Assembly (NCBI GenBank): GCA_965224705.1
Contig: OZ245056.1
Span: 1,952,001-2,016,000 of the forward strand
DNA: 64,000 nucleotides
Source: Spirochaetaceae bacterium
GTDB lineage: Bacteria > Spirochaetota > Spirochaetia > DSM-2461
Direction: 5' to 3'
In this document: piece by piece, positions 39,384 to 48,087 of the stretch
Position numbering within the stretch: position 1 is the first letter of the stretch
Layout of the letters: every line of letters begins with the position of its first letter
Notes under the pieces: model-generated
Seen by the model: the letters and a program-made list of their open reading frames with translations, nothing else
The model's database searches: none
Told to the model about the DNA's origin: nothing
Position numbers and translations under genes: made by a program

Positions 39384-40637
39384 TGTCAGAAAGCCTGTAA
39401 AACCTCCTTCAACCCATCCCGGGAGTCCAATCCCATCCTAAACCTTCACATACAGCGGATCATAACGACCGGATTCCACTCCCGGATTACGCCACTCACA
39501 CAGCCAGGTTTTCTTCTCTGCCGCACCCAGATTGACCTTGCTCAAAAAGGCCCTCTTCAACCAGTATTTACCTACTGCCTTGCGAAGTTTCTTCCTGGTG
39601 ATCCCGGCCTTCTCAGCATGAGTTGTGTCCTTCTTCTTCCTGGCTTCCTTCACCCGCCATGGAATCATGCAGTTGTGATAGTGACGATAAAGAACAAATC
39701 GAATCATCATCGCAGCGGGAGATTTGGCAAACTTGACCGTCTCCCTGACATGATCTGAAATATCTTTCCTGATCTGACGGTCAATGTAGTTAATAGAAAA
39801 CATCGGGTTATCCATGGTTCTGGCCGACCTTGAAGATGTCATGACCCGGATGAAGAAGTGGAGAAAATACTCGGTTTTCGCAAAGGCCCGGGTGTATGCC
39901 TTATGCATATCCGTGAAGAGCAGCTTATGCACAACCTTTTTCTTCATAAGAAATTGAATCAAATCTTCTGTCAGACTTCTCACCGATTTCTCAATGGCTC
40001 CGGGATCCGCCCTGCCCCTGGCCTCCAGCTTTTTTCGGATCAATTTCTGACGGGAAGTCATTCTTCCTTTCCGCCTGAGATTGGCAAACCCGGTCTCATA
40101 GATGAACTCGGACTCACTCCCGGCAAAGATGTTGATGTGGTTGGGATAGTATTGAGAGAAGGAAAAGGACTCCAGTCCATCCGCAGCCATGGATTCCCTC
40201 ATAGGGAGTTTTTTCAACAGCCGGGCATGGATTGCCATGGCGGAACGGGCCAGTCTTTCGCATCGGTTCTGCACCGTATCGGAAGAAACCTCCAGATGAC
40301 GGCTGATGTCGTTCACACCGGAAGAGGTCACCAGATGTTGGAAAAGTTCCTCGTAGTCGATGACTTTTTTCGCATAGTAATCGATTGAAAAAGTCTGGAC
40401 GGAAAAGGTTCTTTTGCAGTCATTGCAGATGTATCGCTGGACTGTTCCAAATGCTTCTGTGTGGTAGGAACTGTGTATCGAAAACCAGTTTTTTTGCTCT
40501 GGGGCACTGAAATGGATACATTTCGGGTTGGGGCAGTGAGGGAATAACATGGTCAAACTCCTTTATAAATTGTTTTCTTACTATGTTATAACGAGCCTGA
40601 CAGGGGGTTTTTGCTACATTAACAAGCTTTCTGACAC
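39383..40637 (-). mobile_element. Insertion sequence (1255 bp) with GTGTCAGAAAGC terminal inverted repeats
   Basis: Ends GTGTCAGAAAGCCTGTAAA (39383) and TTAACAAGCTTTCTGACAC (40637); flanks TGTA/TGCA. A single transposase-like ORF fills the element. Confidence 0.85.
39438..40550 (-). CDS. IS1-like transposase (Zn ribbon + HTH + DDE-like core), atypical
   Basis: CPNPKC...QRYICNDCKRTF; HTH GVNDISRHLEVSSDTVQN; ADGLE, FTDMHKAY, RQIR...RET.KFAKS, YHN. SD AAAGGAG 7 nt before the ATG at 40550. Confidence 0.75.
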   Translation of the reverse strand: MLFPHCPNPKCIHFSAPEQKNWFSIHSSYHTEAFGTVQRYICNDCKRTFSVQTFSIDYYAKKVIDYEELFQHLVTSSGVNDISRHLEVSSDTVQNRCERLARSAMAIHARLLKKLPMRESMAADGLESFSFSQYYPNHINIFAGSESEFIYETGFANLRRKGRMTSRQKLIRKKLEARGRADPGAIEKSVRSLTEDLIQFLMKKKVVHKLLFTDMHKAYTRAFAKTEYFLHFFIRVMTSSRSARTMDNPMFSINYIDRQIRKDISDHVRETVKFAKSPAAMMIRFVLYRHYHNCMIPWRVKEARKKKDTTHAEKAGITRKKLRKAVGKYWLKRAFLSKVNLGAAEKKTWLCEWRNPGVESGRYDPLYVKV

Positions 40638-40812
40638 TGCAATAATTCTCAACACCGAATTATCATGGTATTTTCAGATTTTTCCAGCCATTACGCCAGA
40701 TTCTACTGATGAAGGAACACTGAGAACCCCATTGCCCGATAAAACGATCAAGTTCCATTCGGGAATCGTTTTCAGAGACTGAATGAAAGAACTGGATGGA
40801 TCAGTCGGTCTT

Positions 40813-41745
40813 TTATTCAAGGAAAGGTAGAGGGATCATCATTCGATCCCGGCATAGGAATGCTTCAGGAAAAATCTCCCGGCATTCATCACGGAGGATT
40901 TTCAATTCTCTGTCCGTATAGCGCGGGCTGTAGTGAATCAGTCCCATGCGATGCACTCCTCCCGCTTCAAGGGCTATTCGTCCGGCCTGTCTGGCTGTCA
41001 GGTGTTTCTTTTCTCTTGCGGATGCAGAGAGTTCCTCATTGAACATGGCTTCACAAATCAATAAGTCAGCTCCAGAAACTTCAGGGAGAATACTGTCACG
41101 CCAGGCTGTATCCGTCACATAGCAAACTTTACGCCCTGACCGGGCATCTCCCAATACCTGGAAAGGTTGAATAGTCTGACCATTCTCCAACCTGACGGAA
41201 TTGCCTTTCTGGAGTTTTCCCCACATTGGCCCCTCAGGAATTCCGATGGAACGAGCTTTTTCAGGATAGAAAATCCCAGGTCGGGGAACTTCCTGGAATG
41301 TGTACCCGACACATACTCTGGTATGCCGCAGAGGAAATGATCGGATAGTGTAACCCTTACCTATGTATACTTCCTGGGGGATGTCTGGCTGGGCTATCTC
41401 CTGAATCTCTATGGGATAGTTGATATACATATTCAGTATCTTCTGGTTTGTTTCCACATATTCCCTTATCTTCGGGGGGCCGATGATTACCAGAGGTTCG
41501 GTGCGCTCTACCTGAGAATTGAGCATAAGGATACCCGGCAGGCCTGTCACATGGTCTGCATGAGTATGACTGATGAGAATAACTGATATTTTTTTCCAAC
41601 TGAGATTTAACTGCCGCAGACTTATCTGGGTCGCCTCTCCACTGTCAAACAAAAAGATTTCTCCCTCACGACGCAGCAGCATGGATGTAAGATTGCGGTA
41701 GGGGAGAGGCATCATGCCTCCGGTTCCAAGAATATAGCTTTCCAT
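40813..41745 (-). CDS. rnz: Ribonuclease Z
   Basis: LGTGG.MP, SHTHADH metallo-beta-lactamase motif, exosite GPMWGKLQ, HYSPRY. Confidence 0.93.
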   Translation of the reverse strand: MESYILGTGGMMPLPYRNLTSMLLRREGEIFLFDSGEATQISLRQLNLSWKKISVILISHTHADHVTGLPGILMLNSQVERTEPLVIIGPPKIREYVETNQKILNMYINYPIEIQEIAQPDIPQEVYIGKGYTIRSFPLRHTRVCVGYTFQEVPRPGIFYPEKARSIGIPEGPMWGKLQKGNSVRLENGQTIQPFQVLGDARSGRKVCYVTDTAWRDSILPEVSGADLLICEAMFNEELSASAREKKHLTARQAGRIALEAGGVHRMGLIHYSPRYTDRELKILRDECREIFPEAFLCRDRMMIPLPFLE

Positions 41746-41951
41746 GAAGAAGAACTTTAGTGGAAGGATAGAGATTTGTTAAGGTGGAAACATGTACCCG
41801 AATCCCACTTTGGTTAAACAATGCCCTCTAAACAGATTTTTTCCCACACCAATCAAATCTCCTGAATACACCTCTCCAAACGACCAGCCAGAATGCCTCC
41901 GCATTATTTTCTGCATCAGTTCCTTCACCAACTCCGGTGTAAACTCCCTAT

Positions 41952-42006
41952 GGAGTCTGTCGGACTTTAAGGCTTCGAGGCGTGAGACGTAAGTCCGACA
42001 GGCTTC
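41952..42006. mobile_element. 55-bp minimal MITE, GGAG-TIR family
   Basis: GGAGTCTGTCGGACTT...AAGTCCGACAGGCTTC with AT/AT flanks; a deletion derivative of the 163-bp form. Confidence 0.8.
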
Positions 42007-42015
42007 ATGTATACA

Positions 42016-42234
42016 GTGTCAGAAAGCTTGTTAAATGAACCAGGTGTTTGCATCAACGAATTAATATCTGATGAGACAAGCGTTTACAATACGCCTTGCT
42101 AACAAGATCTCTCATCACTTCAGATTGTGATTTACCGAATTGCAGCTGTAGAGGATATTAAGCTGTTACATCTGGTAAAAATCTTCTCCTTACCTGGTTG
42201 AGATGGAACCAGGCTCTTACAAGCTTCCTGACAC
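42016..42234. mobile_element. 219-bp MITE of the GTGTCAG-TIR family
   Basis: Ends GTGTCAGAAAGCTTGT and ACAAGCTTCCTGACAC. About 70% identical by hand alignment to 32297-32516 in inverted orientation. Confidence 0.85.
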
Positions 42235-42459
42235 TGTAATTCATGCAAAAGAACTTCTAAAAACTGATCCAGGAAATTGACGACGAGGAGGTTTGGCCTA
42301 TCTACGTGCAGTGCCCAGACAGGCAAAAAGCAGAAACTGAACTGTGTGAGCATTCTGACAACGCCGTAACAGCGAAAAGACCGGGGGCGAGAACGAAACT
42401 TTTTTCTTCTAAGGTGTCCATAAGTATTCAAAATCTGCATAACATATATAATATTCTTT

Positions 42460-42759
42460 ATGAATATTCAAGAATTCATCGCCTCCTGTGATACCGGTAT
42501 CACGGGAAGCCACTGGCCTGAAAATTGGCATCCACTGCAGCAGGCTCTGGCATTGGACAGGGCTGGACATTGGGATACCGCTCACTCAATTGCCCAGGAT
42601 GATCCAACCCCTCAGGGAAGTGCTGTTCATGCATACCTGCACCGGAAGGAAGGAGTTCAATGGAACGCTGAATACTGGTATCGCAGAGCTGGACGTCTGC
42701 CATTCAACGGTACACTGGAGGAGGAATGGAACGCGCTGGCCCTGGAGTTATTGAATTGA
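42460..42759 (+). CDS. Small hypothetical protein (WD.AH..AQ...HAYLHRKEG..NA.YWY motif)
   Basis: Motif-rich 99-aa ORF with TATAAT 7 nt upstream of the ATG. Confidence 0.75.
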   Translation: MNIQEFIASCDTGITGSHWPENWHPLQQALALDRAGHWDTAHSIAQDDPTPQGSAVHAYLHRKEGVQWNAEYWYRRAGRLPFNGTLEEEWNALALELLN

Positions 42760-43484
42760 TCTCCAACAAACCGCTGGAGCATCTTCATCCCCGTCGGGAA
42801 ACGAATCTTTATCCTCCTCTGAAAAACTGGCTGGAGCATCAAGGCTACCGAGTACGGGGGGAAGTTGGGCACTGCGATCTGGCTGCAGAAAAGGAAGGAG
42901 AACTTATTGCTGTAGAGATCAAACTCCGCCCATCCCTTGCCCTGCTTTCCCAGGCTGTAAGGAGACAGGAGTATTCCGACGCCGTTTACATTGCACTCCC
43001 TCAAACACATGTTGCCAGAGGCATTCGGCAGATTTTGAAACGTCTGGGCATAGGACTTGTTTTTGTTGTATTTCTCCGCAATAAAATCAAGGTTGAAGTA
43101 GAATTTCATCCTTCACCTGAAGACAGGCCGCCGTTACGGCGGGTCAGGAAAAAGGCAATCCTCCTCCGGGAAATTGAAGGCCGGGATCTTGATCTCACTC
43201 CCGGAGGTCTTGTCGGAGGGAAATCCAGGATAACATCGTACAGACAGCAGAGTATTCGTCTGGCCGTCTGGCTTCAACAGCTTGGAACAGCCTCCCCATC
43301 ACAATTGGTGAAACTGGGCGCACGGGAGGACGCCGGCAGAATTCTTTCCCGGAATGCCTACGGCTGGTTTGAACGGGTCAATCGGGGAATTTATCGTCTT
43401 CATCCGGCTGGCTGCAAGGCATTGACCGATGTTCCTGCCCTGAGAACTCTGTACCATGATCAATTGAAGAATAAAAAAGGGTAA
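42756..43484 (+). CDS. DUF2161-family putative PD-(D/E)XK phosphodiesterase
   Basis: ETNLYPPLK.WLE.QGY.V.GEV..CD, AVEIK, TSYRQ, NAYGWFERV.RG.Y.L. TTG start overlaps the upstream stop. Confidence 0.8.
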   Translation: MISNKPLEHLHPRRETNLYPPLKNWLEHQGYRVRGEVGHCDLAAEKEGELIAVEIKLRPSLALLSQAVRRQEYSDAVYIALPQTHVARGIRQILKRLGIGLVFVVFLRNKIKVEVEFHPSPEDRPPLRRVRKKAILLREIEGRDLDLTPGGLVGGKSRITSYRQQSIRLAVWLQQLGTASPSQLVKLGAREDAGRILSRNAYGWFERVNRGIYRLHPAGCKALTDVPALRTLYHDQLKNKKG

Positions 43485-43503
43485 CCACAAAGTGGTTACC
43501 CTT
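43473..43503 (-). terminator. Terminator between the convergent DUF2161 gene and htrA
   Basis: Perfect 12-bp stem AAGGGTAACCAC/GTGGTTACCCTT, followed by a T-run on the minus strand. Confidence 0.75.
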
Positions 43504-43529
43504 AAGGAGAGATTAAATGGAAAACAGTA

Positions 43530-44954
43530 TCATTTCTTGTTAAGAATGAACTCCAGTTCCTGGTTTTTCCGAACTATTTTTATTTCCAGTTTATTCCTGC
43601 TGTTAACAAGACTAAAAAAGTGCTTTAAGCTTTTCACATTCCGCCCATTGATAGATTTTACTATATCGCCGCTTCTAATCCCCAATATGGAGGCAGGGCT
43701 GTCCTTGATCGTACTTCCAACAAGAATCTTGCCGGCAGACCGGGAGATGTTCATTTGTTCCCTGAACTCACTTGTGATGGGAACGGCAGTGAAGCCCGGC
43801 CAGACATTGAGTTTCGGTCCATCTTTTTCTATCGTTCGAACAGCCAGATTCAGCTCAAGACTGATGGTTCTCCCATCTCTGATCAGCGTTACAGGAACCT
43901 TTTCACCAGGGGATCGTGTGGTCACTGCACGGGTAAGATCATCGGCACCGGATATTTTCTGTCCGCCAAGCCTGATAATCAAATCACCAGGTTGAATTCC
44001 GCTTCCCATGGCTGGGGACTTCCCGTACACACTGTGAATGAATGCGCCTGTTTGATCATCAAAATCGAGTTCATCGGAAATCATCTTGTTAACATCCCCC
44101 GCATTAACCCCCAACCAGGCATATTCAACGGATCCTTTAACAATGAAGTCATTTATATCTTTCCGGGCATTATTAATGGGGATGGAAAATCCAAGTCCCA
44201 TGCTCCCTCCGGAGTTGGACTTTATGAGTGTATTGATACCGATAACCTCCCCATCAAGATTAACCAGGGGGCCGCCGGAATTGCCTCGATTTATCGAGGC
44301 ATCAGTCTGGAGATAATCAGTGTATCTCTGCCCGGGACCAACCCCTACCGTTCGTTCTTTGGCACTGATAATTCCCACTGTAACAGTTGAATCCAGTCCC
44401 ATTGGGCTTCCCATAGCCAATACCCAGTCACCAACCCACACATCATCAGAGTCTCCCAGCCTGGCGATTGGAATTTTCTCATTGGTTTTGAATGATACCA
44501 GAGCCAGATCTCTGAGCTGGTCACCCCCTACCAGTTCACCCATGAAGACTCTTTCATCACTGAGGGTTATTTTTATTTCATCAGCATTATCGACAACATG
44601 ATTGTTTGTAAGGACGTAGATTTTGTTGTCACGGCGTTCAACAATAACTCCAGAACCCAATCCCTCGCTGCGGAATTGTCCGTTACCAAAGGGATTCTCA
44701 TAATTCGGTCTACCGGGAAATCTGAAGAAGAACTCAAAGGGATTAACGGTATCCGCTTCCGGGTTGTTCACCGTATCAATTTGTACAACAACAGGCAGTA
44801 CATCTCTGGCAATCTTTCTGAAAGTGTTTTGAAGTTCACGGGCAGCATTGGTAGATTGAGCAGAAACCTGTGCTGCAAATATAAAACTGATTATGAAAAT
44901 CAAAAATCCTGATGAAATTCTTTGCCTGTTCCGGCGTAGCAGTGTTATATTCAT
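43530..44954 (-). CDS. htrA: Do/DegP-family periplasmic serine protease with two PDZ domains
   Basis: GSGVI, TNNHVV, QTDASINRGNSGGPL; signal peptide. Confidence 0.93.
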   Translation of the reverse strand: MNITLLRRNRQRISSGFLIFIISFIFAAQVSAQSTNAARELQNTFRKIARDVLPVVVQIDTVNNPEADTVNPFEFFFRFPGRPNYENPFGNGQFRSEGLGSGVIVERRDNKIYVLTNNHVVDNADEIKITLSDERVFMGELVGGDQLRDLALVSFKTNEKIPIARLGDSDDVWVGDWVLAMGSPMGLDSTVTVGIISAKERTVGVGPGQRYTDYLQTDASINRGNSGGPLVNLDGEVIGINTLIKSNSGGSMGLGFSIPINNARKDINDFIVKGSVEYAWLGVNAGDVNKMISDELDFDDQTGAFIHSVYGKSPAMGSGIQPGDLIIRLGGQKISGADDLTRAVTTRSPGEKVPVTLIRDGRTISLELNLAVRTIEKDGPKLNVWPGFTAVPITSEFREQMNISRSAGKILVGSTIKDSPASILGIRSGDIVKSINGRNVKSLKHFFSLVNSRNKLEIKIVRKNQELEFILNKK

Positions 44955-44976
44955 GCTCTTATCATAACTTTGTAAC

Positions 44977-44994
44977 CTTGCCGCATTCTTGCCG
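44977..44994 (-). promoter_or_regulatory. Candidate OmpR-family binding site upstream of htrA
   Basis: Direct repeat CGGCAAG-N4-CGGCAAG (11-bp period) upstream of the -10 TATGAT (44961-44966). Confidence 0.5.
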
Positions 44995-44999
44995 GAGTC

Positions 45000-46403
45000 T
45001 TACGATTGTGAAATGTTTGGAAATTCTATGTGAAAAACAGCTCCTCTTCCCTTTCTTCTAAGAATTGAGATGCTGCCGCGATGAGCTTCCAGTAGAGCTC
45101 TCACCATGCTCAGTCCCAAACCCAGACCACGTGAACCACGGCTTCTATCTCCCCTGTAAAGGCGCTCAAATATCCGGTATTCCTCATCTTCAGGGACTCC
45201 CGGGCCGTCATCAGCAACCTCCAGAATGCTTTTGTCTTTCTCACTGTAGCAATGAATATCTATCCGGCTCCCTTCAGGGCTGTATTTGATGGCATTGTCT
45301 ACAAGATTTCCAAGAATTTGTCTGATCCGGACTGGATCTCCAGTCATCAGTACGGATTTTGAAGCATGAAGTTTCATTGTTTGACCCTTATCCTCCGAGA
45401 TGAAGCTGTACATTTCCATGACTTCTGCGGCCAGAATACGGAGGTCGCAGAGTTCTGCATTGAGTTCAAGCATACCCTGCTCGGCTTCGGCAATATCCAT
45501 TATTGCGGACAGAAGCTGTCCCACCTGATCTGTTTGCTCAACGATAACAGCCAGGGCCTCTTCATATTCCTCTGTCTTTCCTCTTGATAATGCGATTTCA
45601 GCATGGCCTCTCAGACGTGTCAGGGGTGTTCGAAGATCGTGGGCCACAGCATCCAGAGTTTCCTTCATTCCGCCAATGAGCGATTCGACTCTGTCAAGAA
45701 GGCGGTTATATCGGACGATGACTCCGTCAAACTGATCTCCAGTTCCCGATCTTTCCAGTCGACGGCTCAATTCTCCTGTTACAATGATACGGTCTATCTC
45801 CTGATTCAGTTTCCGAATTGGATGAAGCAGCCGTCGGGAGGCGATAATACCAACAATGATTCCGGCCAGGGCAATCCCCAGTAATGCAGCAGGATAGTAG
45901 CTTTGATACAATCGAATCAGTAATTCTCTGTTTTCGGAGCTTATGCCAACGACCATTCGGGTACCATCTTCCATCTCGGTCCCGGTCAGCAGGAGTGAGA
46001 AGGCATTATCCACATATCGGAGGGTAAGATATGCACCAGGATTGAGCATATCCAGTGCTGGATCCATTAAATCAAACTGGTCCCATCCGCTTGGAATCAC
46101 GCCTCCCACAACTTCCCCATTGACATCTTTTAACAAAAGCAGAAAGGGCTGTCCTCCCTGCTCTTTCATATCCATCTCAGCTCTCTCCAGAATTGCTTCA
46201 TTGCCCCCATACTGCCATTCTGCCCAGTATGAGAGGAGACGCGAGTCCAATAATGCCTCATTCTGATCCCGGAAGCTCATTGCAAGAGAGCCAAGAAGTA
46301 TGCCAAAAACAATTAATGAAACGAAGGCGGCAGCCAGTGTAACGATTAAAACCAGTTTAACACTGAGACGTTGAAAGGGGTTCTCAAGGTTTTTCCAGGA
46401 CAT
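45000..46403 (-). CDS. HAMP-containing sensor histidine kinase
   Basis: Two TM helices, H box AHDLRTPL, NLVDNAIKY, DDGPG, GLGLGL. Confidence 0.93.
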   Translation of the reverse strand: MSWKNLENPFQRLSVKLVLIVTLAAAFVSLIVFGILLGSLAMSFRDQNEALLDSRLLSYWAEWQYGGNEAILERAEMDMKEQGGQPFLLLLKDVNGEVVGGVIPSGWDQFDLMDPALDMLNPGAYLTLRYVDNAFSLLLTGTEMEDGTRMVVGISSENRELLIRLYQSYYPAALLGIALAGIIVGIIASRRLLHPIRKLNQEIDRIIVTGELSRRLERSGTGDQFDGVIVRYNRLLDRVESLIGGMKETLDAVAHDLRTPLTRLRGHAEIALSRGKTEEYEEALAVIVEQTDQVGQLLSAIMDIAEAEQGMLELNAELCDLRILAAEVMEMYSFISEDKGQTMKLHASKSVLMTGDPVRIRQILGNLVDNAIKYSPEGSRIDIHCYSEKDKSILEVADDGPGVPEDEEYRIFERLYRGDRSRGSRGLGLGLSMVRALLEAHRGSISILRRKGRGAVFHIEFPNISQS

Positions 46404-47058
46404 ATCCCATTCCGCGCACTGTCCGAATCATTTTTTTGGGAAATCCTTTGTCTATACGACTGCGTAAACGTGAAACCAATACATCGACTACGTTTGTCTG
46501 AGGGTCGAAATCATATCCCCATACTTTTTCAAGAATGAGAGTTTTTGTAACAACCACACCGGCACTTCTCATCAGGAATTCAAGAAGAGTGTACTCTCTG
46601 GGCTGAAGTTCAATCAGTTCCCCGGCTCGTGTTACCTTCCGGGTAAGGGGATCAAGTGTCAGGTCAGCAATGCGCAGTTCCTGTGCCGCAACGGAACGTC
46701 CTCCCCGGCGGATAAGGGCTTCAACACGAACCAGAAGTTCAGCAAAAACAAAGGGTTTCACAAGATAGTCATCGCCGCCGGCTTTCAGTCCTTTGACTCT
46801 GTCATCGACACTTCTCCGAGCACTGAGTATGAGAACAGGAGTGTGAATATCCGCATTCCGCATTTCAGACAGGATGGATAGCCCATCCTTGCCCGGAAGC
46901 ATGAGATCAAGAATAACGATGTCATACAGTCCAGACATGGCCAGTGTCATACCGTCGTTCCCATCCAGGTTCACATCAACACCATAACCAGCTTCCCGCA
47001 GTCCTTTGGATACAAAGGAGGCAATATCAGGATCGTCCTCAACAAATAAAACTTTCAT
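46384..47058 (-). CDS. OmpR-family response regulator (CusR/CzcR-like)
   Basis: VEDD, LDLMLPG.DG, KPF, VWGYDFDPQTNVVDV, TVRGMGY. Confidence 0.93.
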   Translation of the reverse strand: MKVLFVEDDPDIASFVSKGLREAGYGVDVNLDGNDGMTLAMSGLYDIVILDLMLPGKDGLSILSEMRNADIHTPVLILSARRSVDDRVKGLKAGGDDYLVKPFVFAELLVRVEALIRRGGRSVAAQELRIADLTLDPLTRKVTRAGELIELQPREYTLLEFLMRSAGVVVTKTLILEKVWGYDFDPQTNVVDVLVSRLRSRIDKGFPKKMIRTVRGMGYVLEKP

Positions 47059-47265
47059 AAACAATACTCCATACCTGAATAAGATACAGCAAAAATGGTG
47101 AAATTGAAATGACAATTCCGTAAGCTGAAAGTTTTTGTCGCGGGAGATGAGACTAATTCTCATCCATGTGCTAGAATAGCTTACAAACGATTGGGATTAT
47201 TCCCATCTTCTCTGGTTGGAGTACTGCCTTCAACGTAACTATCTTTCTGGGTATTGCGAGTTGAT

Positions 47266-48087
47266 ATGAGTAAAATAATTGGTGTTATCGGAGCTGGTAA
47301 TATGGGTGGAGCTATAATCCATGGCCTGATTTCCAGCAGGAAATACATGGATACCAGGATTCTGGTATCAGATCCCCGCCAGGATGTGCTGAATACTCTC
47401 AAGGGAAAATATCCCGAAATTGACACCAGTACATCAAACCTGAATACTGTAGACGCAGATGTTTTAATACTGGCTATTAAGCCGCCTGACTACCCCGATG
47501 TTATTTCCGAAACAGGCCGAAATCTTAAAAAAGATGTAATCATAGTCAGTATTGCAGCAGGAATAACGCTGGACATGCTCAATGGGTGGCTGGAGCGGTT
47601 CATAAACAAGCCTGCAAAGATTGTAAGAGTAATGCCCAATATTCCCGCTTTGATTTCAAAGGGAATGACAGGACTGTGTCCTGGATTTGGAGCGGCTGAA
47701 CAGGACGTGGAAACCGTCCGGCAGATTTTCACAGTTGTCGGCCGTACCGTCGTAATGCCGGAAAATTTAATGGACGCCTATACTGCTCTGGCTGGATCTT
47801 CGCCCGCCTGGGTTTTCATGTTTATCGAAGCATTGGCTGATGGTGCTGTGAGAGAAGGTATTCCCCGGGCAACCGCTTATACGGTTGCGGCCCAGGCTGT
47901 TCTGGGGTCAGCAGAAATGGTTCTGGAGAGTTGTATTCATCCAGGCGAATTGAAGGACCGTGTCTGTTCTCCTGGTGGAACCACAATTGAGGCGGTAGCG
48001 ACTCTGGAAAAAGCTGGATTCCGTTCTGCCATAATACAGGCGGTAGAAGACTGCACCCGCAAGTGCCGGGAATTGGTGAACAGATGA
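47266..48087 (+). CDS. proC: Pyrroline-5-carboxylate reductase
   Basis: IGAGNMG, RVMPN.PA, GSSPA, CSPGGTT. Confidence 0.95.
   Translation: MSKIIGVIGAGNMGGAIIHGLISSRKYMDTRILVSDPRQDVLNTLKGKYPEIDTSTSNLNTVDADVLILAIKPPDYPDVISETGRNLKKDVIIVSIAAGITLDMLNGWLERFINKPAKIVRVMPNIPALISKGMTGLCPGFGAAEQDVETVRQIFTVVGRTVVMPENLMDAYTALAGSSPAWVFMFIEALADGAVREGIPRATAYTVAAQAVLGSAEMVLESCIHPGELKDRVCSPGGTTIEAVATLEKAGFRSAIIQAVEDCTRKCRELVNR

Noticed and set aside
39858..40388. 176-aa plus-strand ORF inside the IS
   Set aside because: Antisense to the transposase with no RBS or motif; treated as a shadow ORF.
41780..42440. Protein-like fragments on either side of the adjacent MITEs (REFTPELVKELMQK on minus; LIQEIDDEEVWPIY on plus)
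   Set aside because: Short, on opposite strands, with no recognisable family; cannot be supported as a pseudogene without a search.
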